A DNA stretch of 64,000 bases, taken from contig CAZWXK010000008.1 of the NCBI GenBank assembly GCA_964637875.1, forward strand, positions 4,222-68,221. The letters run 5' to 3'. Numbering within the stretch: position 1 is the stretch's first letter; every line of letters begins with the position of its first letter. A program made the translations under genes and the position numbers. This document shows positions 38,749 through 46,429 of this stretch, piece by piece. The stretch comes from an uncultured Rhodobacter sp. Lineage in GTDB: Bacteria; Pseudomonadota; Alphaproteobacteria; Rhodobacterales; Rhodobacteraceae. The notes beneath the pieces are model-generated. The model saw only the letters and a program-made list of their open reading frames with translations, had not been told where the DNA came from and ran no database searches.

Positions 38749-39030
38749 ATGATAAGATCGGAACTGGTCCAGAAAATTGCCGAGGAAAACCCCCATCTCT
38801 ATCAACGTGATGTCGAACGTATCGTGTCCACGATCTTTGATGAAATCATCGAAGCGATGGCCAATGGCAACCGGGTGGAACTGCGCGGCTTTGGCGCCTT
38901 TTCAGTCAAGAAGCGCGATGCAAGGGTGGGCCGCAATCCCCGGACTGGCGAATCGGTCAAGGTCGAGGAAAAATATGTGCCGTTCTTCAAGACCGGCAAA
39001 CTCTTGCGGGACCGTCTGAACGGCGGCTGA
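38749..39030 (+). CDS. ihfB: Integration host factor beta subunit
   Basis: [17 protein letters not shown]...[22 protein letters not shown] is canonical HU/IHF. GGAGGG lies 8 nt upstream. Confidence 0.95.
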   Translation: MIRSELVQKIAEENPHLYQRDVERIVSTIFDEIIEAMANGNRVELRGFGAFSVKKRDARVGRNPRTGESVKVEEKYVPFFKTGKLLRDRLNGG

Positions 39031-39055
39031 CCCATCAACACCGACAGAGGCCGCC

Positions 39056-39400
39056 ATGTTGCGCATCATCCGCTATCTTTTCCTGGCCGTGGTCGGGATC
39101 GTTCTTGTCGTCGTGTCGCTGGCCAATCGTGGCGTGGTGACGCTTCACGTCGTCCCCGGCGAGCTGGCCCCGTTTCTGCCCCTTCCCAATTCCCTTGAAC
39201 TGCCACTGTTCCTGGTCATTCTGGGGTCGGTCATCGTGGGGCTGCTGATCGGCTTTGTTCTGGAATACATCCGGGAATACCGCCACCGGGCCGAGGCCGC
39301 CCGGCGCAAGCGCGAGATCGGAAAGATGGAGCGTGAATTGCGTGGCTTGCGCGACAAGACCGGCGAGGGCAAGGATGATGTTCTTGCCCTGCTTGAATGA
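39056..39400 (+). CDS. LapA/DUF1049-family inner-membrane protein
   Basis: Two TM helices followed by a charged coiled tail, in the conserved position after ihfB. Confidence 0.7.
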   Translation: MLRIIRYLFLAVVGIVLVVVSLANRGVVTLHVVPGELAPFLPLPNSLELPLFLVILGSVIVGLLIGFVLEYIREYRHRAEAARRKREIGKMERELRGLRDKTGEGKDDVLALLE

Positions 39401-39436
39401 CGTGCGGGCGTCCGGGCCACTGACGGGATCAAGACA

Positions 39437-40072
39437 ATGAAGGCAAAGATCTGCGGCCTGACCGACAGTGCCGCGTTGCATGCGGCAGCGCAAGGAGGGG
39501 CGGCCTATATGGGGTTCGTGTTCTTTGCAGGATCGCCCCGCAACCTTTCGTTCGACAGGGCACGCGAGCTGATGGTCGAGGTCCCGCCCGGCATCTGCAA
39601 GGTTGCCCTGACGGTAGATGCCGATGACGACTTTCTCGACAGGCTGACGGCGACACTTCCGGTGGACATGATGCAGCTGCATGGCCATGAGCCGCCGGAA
39701 AGGGTTGCGGAAATCCGCATGCGCCTCGGTCTGCCGGTGATGAAGGCCGTCGGCATTGCGGATGAGGATGATTTGCCCCTGCTGGACGAATATGCGCGGG
39801 TTGCCGATCAATTGCTGGTCGATGCCAGACCACCCCATAGCGCCACGCTGCCCGGAGGCAATGGCTCGGCCTTCGACTGGCGGCTGATCGCAAACCGCCG
39901 CTGGACCGTACCCTGGATGCTGGCGGGCGGCCTGACGCCCGATAACGTGGCTCAGGCCATTGGCCTGACGGGGGCGGATCAGGTCGATGTCAGCTCGGGC
40001 GTTGAAAGTGCGCCGGGCGTCAAGGATGAAAAGATGATCGCGGCGTTCCTCAAGGCCGCAAACGGAGTTTGA
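39437..40072 (+). CDS. trpF: Phosphoribosylanthranilate isomerase
   Basis: MKAKICGLT at the N-terminus, with the QLHG and DVSSGVE motifs. Confidence 0.9.
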   Translation: MKAKICGLTDSAALHAAAQGGAAYMGFVFFAGSPRNLSFDRARELMVEVPPGICKVALTVDADDDFLDRLTATLPVDMMQLHGHEPPERVAEIRMRLGLPVMKAVGIADEDDLPLLDEYARVADQLLVDARPPHSATLPGGNGSAFDWRLIANRRWTVPWMLAGGLTPDNVAQAIGLTGADQVDVSSGVESAPGVKDEKMIAAFLKAANGV

Positions 40073-40075
40073 AAC

Positions 40076-41308
40076 ATGCCACAAGACCTGTTCAACAGCT
40101 TCATGGGCGGCCCCGACGAGAACGGGCGTTTCGGCATCTATGGCGGACGATTTGTCAGCGAAACATTGATGCCGCTGATCCTTTCGCTGGAAAAGGAATA
40201 TGAAAGGGCCAAGACGGATGACAGTTTCTGGGCCGAGATGGACGACCTGTGGAAGCATTATGTCGGCCGTCCCAGCCCGCTCTATTTCGCCGAGCGCCTG
40301 ACCCAGCGTCTTGGCGGCGCCAGGATCTATCTCAAGCGCGACGAGCTGAACCATACCGGCGCGCACAAGATCAACAACGTGCTGGGCCAGATCCTGCTGG
40401 CGCGCCGCATGGGCAAGAAACGTATCATCGCCGAAACCGGTGCCGGCCAGCATGGCGTTGCCACGGCAACCGTCTGTGCCAAGTTCGGCCTGCAATGCGT
40501 GGTTTACATGGGTGCGCATGATGTCGAGCGTCAGGCACCGAATGTCTTTCGCATGCGCCTGCTGGGGGCCGAGGTGGTGCCGGTCACATCCGGGCGCGGC
40601 ACGCTGAAGGATGCGATGAACGACGCGCTGCGCGATTGGGTGACAAACGTCGCCGACACCTTTTACTGCATCGGCACGGTCGCAGGCCCCCATCCCTATC
40701 CGGCGATGGTGCGCGATTTCCAGTCGATCATCGGCAAGGAAGTGCGCGAACAGATCATGCAGGCCGAGGGACGGCTGCCCGACACACTGGTAGCCGCCAT
40801 CGGGGGGGGATCCAACGCGATGGGCCTGTTCTACCCGTTCCTTGACGACAAGGATGTGCGCATCATCGGGGTCGAGGCCGGCGGCAAGGGTGTTGACGAA
40901 AAGATGCAGCACTGCGCCAGCCTGACAGGCGGGCGCCCCGGCGTGCTGCATGGCAACCGCACCTATCTGTTGCAGGATGATGACGGGCAGATCCTCGAAG
41001 GGTTCTCGATCTCGGCCGGGCTCGACTATCCGGGCATCGGTCCCGAACACAGCTGGCTGCACGACACGGGCCGCGCCGAATATGTGGCGATCACCGATGC
41101 CGAGGCGCTGGCCGCCTTTCAGCTGAGCTGCGAAACCGAGGGAATCATTCCCGCGCTTGAACCCAGCCATGCGCTTGCCCATGTGGCGAAAATCGCGCCA
41201 GAGCTGCCAGACGACCACCTGATCGTGATGAACATGTGCGGACGCGGTGACAAGGATATTTTTACCGTGGCCAGGGCACTGGGCGTCGAAATCGACACGG
41301 GCGGCTGA
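40076..41308 (+). CDS. trpB: Tryptophan synthase beta chain
   Basis: PLP-Lys motif [11 protein letters not shown] and the GGGSNAMG loop. Confidence 0.95.
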   Translation: MPQDLFNSFMGGPDENGRFGIYGGRFVSETLMPLILSLEKEYERAKTDDSFWAEMDDLWKHYVGRPSPLYFAERLTQRLGGARIYLKRDELNHTGAHKINNVLGQILLARRMGKKRIIAETGAGQHGVATATVCAKFGLQCVVYMGAHDVERQAPNVFRMRLLGAEVVPVTSGRGTLKDAMNDALRDWVTNVADTFYCIGTVAGPHPYPAMVRDFQSIIGKEVREQIMQAEGRLPDTLVAAIGGGSNAMGLFYPFLDDKDVRIIGVEAGGKGVDEKMQHCASLTGGRPGVLHGNRTYLLQDDDGQILEGFSISAGLDYPGIGPEHSWLHDTGRAEYVAITDAEALAAFQLSCETEGIIPALEPSHALAHVAKIAPELPDDHLIVMNMCGRGDKDIFTVARALGVEIDTGG

Positions 41309-41759
41309 GTTCGGCACTGAACGCGCCCCTAAACTGGGGTTTATATGCCTAGCTCACCAGTTTAGCCGCCCGTTCTTAACCCCCATGGCAATTGCGATGC
41401 GCGCGCCCATGCCCAATTCTGCCGACATGGAAGAATCAGGCACATGCCGCGCCGTGAGCCGAGATACGAAAACGGCGGGCAATCAGGCGATGGGCAGTAC
41501 GACCATCGAGGCAAGGTGACGGTCCGCGCCATGTGCGGGCTGGCAGGAACCGCGTGGCATGTGGGGCGGAAAATTTCCGTTCGCCCCGCATGCGATGCGC
41601 AGTGATGTAACCAGTCGGGCCGAGAGGCCCTTTCCTTCACGGGGGCGTGAAACCCTGCGCGCCCTGGGGAAGGGAGGTTGAGTAAACAGGCCCGGCCGCG
41701 ATATTGTTCATGTCGCGGTCGGGCAAAACCCGAACGGCCCCACAAGGAGGGCGCAACCA

Positions 41760-42206
41760 ATGAAACGCAGAACGATCCTGGCAATTGCCATTGTCGCCGC
41801 AATCGGTGCGGCTCCGGCATTCGGACAGACGGCGATTCAGCAGAGATTCGTTTCCGAACTCAAGCAGCAGGGATTCGGCGACCTCAAGATCAACCGTACA
41901 TGGCTGGGCCGGGTACGCATCACCGCCCAGAGCAAGGATTACAAGCGCGAGCTTGTCTTCAACCCCAATTCGGGCGAGATACTGCGTGACTATTGGGAGG
42001 CGACAAAACCCGGTGACGACAACCGGAACGAGGACGCGAAAAAGGGCAAGAAGGAGGAACCCGCCGGTCTTCTGAATCCCGAGGATACGGCCCAAAGTGG
42101 TTTTCAGGACGGTGGCAGCCAGGACGGCGGCTCGGGCGATGGCGGCTCGGGCGATGGCGGCGACAGTGACGGTGGCGGTAGCGACGGTGGTGACAGCAAT
42201 GACTGA
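41760..42206 (+). CDS. Secreted PepSY-like domain protein with an acidic Gly/Ser/Asp-repeat tail
   Basis: AAGGAGG lies before the ATG. Signal peptide AIAIVAAIGAAPAFGQ. PepSY-like core (GFGDLKINRTWLGRVRITAQSKDYKRELVFNPNSGEILRDYWE). Tail is GGSQDGGSGDGGSGDGGDSDGGGSDGGDSND. Confidence 0.65.
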   Translation: MKRRTILAIAIVAAIGAAPAFGQTAIQQRFVSELKQQGFGDLKINRTWLGRVRITAQSKDYKRELVFNPNSGEILRDYWEATKPGDDNRNEDAKKGKKEEPAGLLNPEDTAQSGFQDGGSQDGGSGDGGSGDGGDSDGGGSDGGDSND

Positions 42207-42373
42207 ACCAGGCCTGCCCGCGTGGTACGGCGCGCGCCAACAGCCCGGCACGACGCGGGCGCATCAGTCGCCCGGTAGCAGGCCCAGCGGCAGCCAGCTG
42301 CCCCTCCCGGCCGATGGAGCGGATGCATGATGTGCCCTGTTGCACAGGCTGCATCCGCCGCCCATAATCCCCT

Positions 42374-42955
42374 TTGTCGGCAACAAGGGTAACAAGGTAT
42401 CGCCTCTTGACCAAGCCCTGGTTCATTCGCACGGTTTTCGTGGTGCAGTTTCTCTGCGCCTCGTTTTTCGTCTGGGATATCTTTGTCAGTTATGTCGGCC
42501 TGCGTTCGCGCCCCATCGCGTGGGAGTTTCGCGAGTTCATCGAAATCGGTGCTGCCATCGGTCTGATCCTGGGCGTCGTGCTGGGTGCGATCGCGCTGGT
42601 CAAGACGCAGGCGCAGTCGCGCCGCCTTAACGACCAGCTGCGCGCCGCGTCCGGGGCATTTGCCGAGCTTCTGGAAGAACGGTTCGAAGAGTGGGGCCTT
42701 ACCCCGGCCGAACGCGATGTCGCCTGGTTTGCGGTCAAGGGTCTGTCCACGCAGGAAATCGCGGCGCTGCGCAACACTTCCGAGGGTACGGTCAAGGCCC
42801 AGAGCAATGCGATCTATCGCAAGGCCGGTGTTTCGGGTCGGTATCAGCTGCTCAGCCAGTTCGTGGACGAGCTGATGGCCGGCGCATCGGAAATCCGGGA
42901 TGATCGCGATAACGGCCGTGGTCGGCGAAATGGCCGACAGAAACTGCGGGCCTGA
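42374..42955 (+). CDS. Membrane-anchored LuxR/FixJ-type HTH transcriptional regulator
   Basis: Two N-terminal TM helices (FIRTVFVVQFLCASFFVWDIFV and IEIGAAIGLILGVVLGAIALV). The C-terminal LuxR HTH is LTPAERDVAWFAVKGLSTQEIAALRNTSEGTVKAQSNAIYRKAGV. The start codon is uncertain (TTG at 42374 or 42407). Confidence 0.65.
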   Translation: MSATRVTRYRLLTKPWFIRTVFVVQFLCASFFVWDIFVSYVGLRSRPIAWEFREFIEIGAAIGLILGVVLGAIALVKTQAQSRRLNDQLRAASGAFAELLEERFEEWGLTPAERDVAWFAVKGLSTQEIAALRNTSEGTVKAQSNAIYRKAGVSGRYQLLSQFVDELMAGASEIRDDRDNGRGRRNGRQKLRA

Positions 42956-43161
42956 TGCCGCTTTCCTGCCGCCGGGGCATGTGCGGGGCAATCCGGCGCA
43001 ATGCACATTCGGGGCATATTCGGGGTTACAATGCGCCGCCCCGCCCTGTATAGGGGCGCATCCGCAAAGGCGGATCAGTGCCTCTGGTCAGAATGATTCC
43101 CGTGACAGCGGTTTTCGCCATGGCCGAGGTTTTTCCCGCAATATCAAGGAAGGTCGTGCAG

Positions 43162-43467
43162 ATGTCTGGTTTTGAAATAGGTGATCTCGTTGTGCTGACG
43201 GCCGGGTCGATGAGAATGGCTGTCGAAGAGACCGACGGCAAGATGGTTTCCTGCGTCTGGTGTCACGAAGGCAAGATCGGGCGCGACAGGTTCGCGGCTG
43301 CGCTGCTCAAGAAATGGGAGCACCGGGAAAACGACCGTTCCGACAAGGGACGTCCCCAGGCCAAGGGCGAACGCGAAGGCGGGCCAAGGCGTCATGACGA
43401 CAAGCCCCGGGGCAAGCCGGGCTGGGATGGCAAGCCGCGCGAAAAGAAATATTTCCGCAAGGATTGA
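43162..43467 (+). CDS. DUF2158 (YodC-like) small protein with a highly basic tail
   Basis: AAGGAAGG lies before the ATG. The FEIGDLVVLTAGSMRMAV...VSCVWCHEGK core is followed by a Lys/Arg/Gly/Pro-rich C-terminus. Confidence 0.6.
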   Translation: MSGFEIGDLVVLTAGSMRMAVEETDGKMVSCVWCHEGKIGRDRFAAALLKKWEHRENDRSDKGRPQAKGEREGGPRRHDDKPRGKPGWDGKPREKKYFRKD

Positions 43468-43473
43468 GCGCCG

Positions 43474-43490
43474 CCCCGATTTCGGGGTTT
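43474..43490 (+). terminator. Short hairpin terminator after the DUF2158 gene
   Basis: CCCCGA-tt-TCGGGG followed by TTTATT. The stem is short. Confidence 0.4.
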
Positions 43491-43539
43491 ATTCCGCCTC
43501 TCGCGCGCCGTAATCTGCTGGTCGCGCAGGGAGGGGCCG

Positions 43540-43995
43540 TTGGGCAGTCTGTCATTTCAATCACCTGTCGGTTGGCTGACCGTGGCCGGGGATGACGAGG
43601 TCGTCACCCGTCTGTCATGGGGCAGGCAACCGGCATGGGGTGTCACACCCTTGTTGAACGAGGCCCAGGCCCAGGTCACGGCGTATTTCGATCATGCGCT
43701 GAGGCGCTTCGATCTGCCGCTTTCCTTTCCGGCAACGCCGTTTCAGCATGCGGTTCTGGAGTCGATGTTCTCGATCGATTTTGGTACCACCCGCAGCTAT
43801 GGCGAGATCGCCGCCTATGTCGGAGCCTCGCCGCAGGCGGTGGGGCGTGCCTGCGGGGCAAATCCGGTCCCGATCATCATTCCCTGCCATCGGGTCGTGG
43901 GCGCGTCATCCCTTGGGGGGTATTCGGGGCGCGGAGGGTTGGAAACCAAGGTTTTCCTCTTGCGCCACGAAGGCGCGGCCAGCCTGTTGACATGA
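43540..43995 (+). CDS. ogt: Methylated-DNA--protein-cysteine methyltransferase
   Basis: Active site IIIPCHRVVG. TTG start as listed in the ORF track. Confidence 0.85.
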   Translation: MGSLSFQSPVGWLTVAGDDEVVTRLSWGRQPAWGVTPLLNEAQAQVTAYFDHALRRFDLPLSFPATPFQHAVLESMFSIDFGTTRSYGEIAAYVGASPQAVGRACGANPVPIIIPCHRVVGASSLGGYSGRGGLETKVFLLRHEGAASLLT

Positions 43996-44828
43996 GCGGC
44001 GGGGTCTTTGCCGCCGTCCTGTTCGCGGCCTTTCTGCATGCCTCGTGGAATGCGGTCATCAAGGTCGGTTCGGACAAGTTGCGGGCCATGTTCGTGATGT
44101 CCAGCGCACAGGGGCTGATGGGGCTGGCGATAGCCCTGACCCTGCCCTTTCCGGGGCGCGAGATGTGGCCGTGGCTGGTGTTTTCGATGGTGTTTCATTC
44201 GGCCTACAAGGCCTTTCTGACCCTCGCCTATGAACGCGGAGATCTGTCGCGGGTCTATCCGATTGCGCGCGGGACGGCGCCCTTGCTGGTCGCCGTCATC
44301 GGCTTTCTGATCCTGGGCGAGAGATTGCAGTCGCGGGATGTGGTTGCGATCCTGCTGGTTGGCGCAGGGATACTGCTGATGGGGCGCGGTGTGTTTGCCC
44401 ATGGCGAATCGCGCGCATTGCTGCCCTTTGCACTGGCTTCGGCCAGCATGACCGCAGGCTATTCCCTGGTCGATGGCAGCGGTGCCCGGGTTTCAGGTCA
44501 GCCGGGGCAGTTTGTTGCCTGGATGTTCCTTCTGGACGGGATGCTGTTTGCCACCTGGGCGATCTGGCATCGGGGGCATGTCGTGGTCAGCCGTGACTGG
44601 CCGTCATGGCGCGCCGGTATCGTTGCGGGCGCCGCGTCTTATGGTGCATATGCGATCATCGTCTGGGCGATGGCGCGCGCGCCCATTGCGCTGGTGGCCG
44701 CGTTGAGAGAGAGCTCGGTCCTGTTTGCGGTTCTTCTGGGTCTTGTGCTGCTGCGCGAGCGACCCGACCGTGGCAAGCTGCTGGCCGCGGTGCTGATTGT
44801 TGCCGGGGTTGTCGTCATACGCATCTAG
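43992..44828 (+). CDS. EamA/DMT-family transporter
   Basis: The start MSGGVFAAVLFAAFLHASWNAVIKV forms an ATGA overlap with the ogt stop. It has ten TM segments in a two-EamA-repeat pattern. Confidence 0.8.
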   Translation: MSGGVFAAVLFAAFLHASWNAVIKVGSDKLRAMFVMSSAQGLMGLAIALTLPFPGREMWPWLVFSMVFHSAYKAFLTLAYERGDLSRVYPIARGTAPLLVAVIGFLILGERLQSRDVVAILLVGAGILLMGRGVFAHGESRALLPFALASASMTAGYSLVDGSGARVSGQPGQFVAWMFLLDGMLFATWAIWHRGHVVVSRDWPSWRAGIVAGAASYGAYAIIVWAMARAPIALVAALRESSVLFAVLLGLVLLRERPDRGKLLAAVLIVAGVVVIRI

Positions 44829-44895
44829 ACGCGCGTTCCCAACATGTTGTTCGTTTGACCGATTTCGGCCAATACGCGCGTCTGGACGCGCAGGC

Positions 44896-44944
44896 GGGGG
44901 CTGTCTGCCCCCGCACCCCCGAGAGTATTGGTGCAAAGAAGAAG
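44896..44944 (+). repeat. Intergenic repeat element, copy 2
   Basis: GGGGGC-tgtct-GCCCCC hairpin followed by CACCCCCGAGAGTATTGGTGCAAAGAAGAAG. Confidence 0.7.
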
Positions 44945-45091
44945 CGGTGAATTCAGGGCAAGGATCGGGAAATGGCGGGAAATGGATGACGCGGCGGCGG
45001 GCCGCGCGCCTGCCGGATGGTTGGTCGAGATGTGAACGGTTTCGGGAGAATCTGCTGCGGGGGATGGCCGCGATGTCGTATGCCGGGGATT

Positions 45092-46297
45092 CTATTGGCA
45101 CCCCCTGTGCCGGGCGCCCTGGCAGGCCAGCGAGCGCAGACTCCACAAGGTCTTGATATAGGCGACGATGTCGCGGATCTCGTCATCCGAAAGGCGCATG
45201 CTGAAAGCGACCATCCGCCGGTTCCGCGGAGAGCCCTTGCTGATGGTTGCAAAGATTCCCCGGTCGCTGTGGTGCCAGGCGTGGGCGTCGTTGTTCAGGG
45301 CCGGTGCCTTGAAGCCGTATTTGTCCTTTGCGCTGGGGTTGCCCGGAGCTTCGCCGATCCCGTTTACTCCGTGACATGCCTGGCAATTCTGCTGAAACAG
45401 CTTCTTGCCATTGGCGATATGCTCGGGGGTGGCCCAGTCGCTGCCCTCGAAGCTGATCCATTTGCGTCCGCCATCTCGGCTCATCAGGATGGCGCCTGTA
45501 TCGAAGGTTGCGAAAACTTCGTCCGGGCGCTGAGGGTTTTGCGCCAGATCGACCATGAACCGATCTTCGAAGCCCTCTGCAAGCAGGGTCCATTTCAGAT
45601 CCGGTTCCCGCGCGCCGAGCAGCCCCCGGGAATAGGCAAAGGCCAGCAGACGGCCGTCGGCAAGGCCGGTGATCATGGTGATCGGCTGATTCCCGGCCCC
45701 GGCATCACGCCATGTTGCGCCATTGTCGTCGCTGACCATGAGTCCGGTCATGGTTCCCGCATAGATTCTGTCGGCGATGGTGGGAGAGGGGGCGACCGCA
45801 AAGGTTTTGTCCGGGGTTGCGGCAAGCGTGCGCCAGGTTTTGCCCGTGTCATCGCTGACCATGATCTTGCTGGCAAGCCCGACCATGCGACCGGGTTTCA
45901 TGCGGCTCAGGGACAAGGCACCGACGATGACGGGTTTCGCGCCCTCGACCGGTGCCCAGGTGATGCCCCCATCAGTCGATTCCATCAGATTGCCTGGCGC
46001 GCCCTTGCTGTCGACAGTCGAGGCAAAGAGGTGATTCGGGTCGTCAGGATCGGTTGCCAGCGAAACCACGGCTGCCTTGAGGGAGGGAACAAGTTCCGAA
46101 AGCCCGTCCGGCCGTGCCCTGAGCAGACCGTATTGCGTGGCGATCAGAACGGTGCCGCCGTTGGTCGCGGGGTCGACCGCGATGCCATATATCTTTTTGA
46201 TGCTGTCGGTCGAGCCGGTTTGGCGCTGCTGCGCCGAGGCCGGGAGCAGCGATGTCAACACGATCAGGGCGGCGGCAAGGATGCGCAGAGGCTTCAT
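45092..46297 (-). CDS. Periplasmic BNR/Asp-box beta-propeller (Ycf48/sialidase-like) fused to a c-type cytochrome domain
   Basis: Signal peptide ILAAALIVLTSLLPASAQ. Four Asp-boxes (STDGGITW, SDDTGKTW, SDDNGATW, SRDGGRKW). C-terminal CQACH haem motif with a distal Met region (RRMVAFSMRLSDDEIRDIVAYIKTLW). Confidence 0.75.
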   Translation of the reverse strand: MKPLRILAAALIVLTSLLPASAQQRQTGSTDSIKKIYGIAVDPATNGGTVLIATQYGLLRARPDGLSELVPSLKAAVVSLATDPDDPNHLFASTVDSKGAPGNLMESTDGGITWAPVEGAKPVIVGALSLSRMKPGRMVGLASKIMVSDDTGKTWRTLAATPDKTFAVAPSPTIADRIYAGTMTGLMVSDDNGATWRDAGAGNQPITMITGLADGRLLAFAYSRGLLGAREPDLKWTLLAEGFEDRFMVDLAQNPQRPDEVFATFDTGAILMSRDGGRKWISFEGSDWATPEHIANGKKLFQQNCQACHGVNGIGEAPGNPSAKDKYGFKAPALNNDAHAWHHSDRGIFATISKGSPRNRRMVAFSMRLSDDEIRDIVAYIKTLWSLRSLACQGARHRGCQ

Positions 46298-46429
46298 GGT
46301 CTTGCTCCATTTGGCAAAGATGGCCCGAGCCTAGGCGCGGTGCCGGATGCTTGCAACATCAAGCGCGCAACGCCCCCCGAGACGCTGTGTCGCGTCCCAC
46401 GCTGGAAGGTTCGGCCGGAACGGGATCGG

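Noticed and set aside
39035-41317. 760-aa ORF on the minus strand spanning lapA, trpF and trpB
   Set aside because: It is antisense to three confidently identified genes. Its composition is dominated by Arg/Gly/Ala/His/Pro, as expected for a stop-free shadow frame in GC-rich DNA. It has no recognisable motif and no SD.
41309-41759. The absence of trpA directly after trpF-trpB as a sign of deletion or insertion; possible trpA pseudogene remnant
   Set aside because: None of the frames of the gap resembles TrpA. As far as I remember, trpA is unlinked from trpFB in Rhodobacter-type genomes, so the missing trpA is probably the normal arrangement. The gap itself is still reported as a structured non-coding region.
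41309-41759. A known riboswitch class in the trpB-PepSY gap (fluoride, ZTP, guanidine-I/II/III, cobalamin, c-di-GMP)
   Set aside because: I compared the gap with the remembered conserved cores and found only short chance similarities (for example GGCGATGG and GGGCCGAGAGG). There is no full core and no matching downstream gene type. A covariance-model scan is needed to be certain.
42110-42200. Short tandem DNA repeats (GATGGCGGCTCGGGC-like) that could look like a repeat array
   Set aside because: They lie in frame inside the PepSY-like gene and simply encode its (GGS/D)n acidic tail. There is no spacer/repeat organisation.
44966-44985. Tandem 2 x 10-bp CGGGAAATGG in the convergent spacer
   Set aside because: It is too short, with only two copies, and has no associated structure or gene. 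It is most likely replication slippage.
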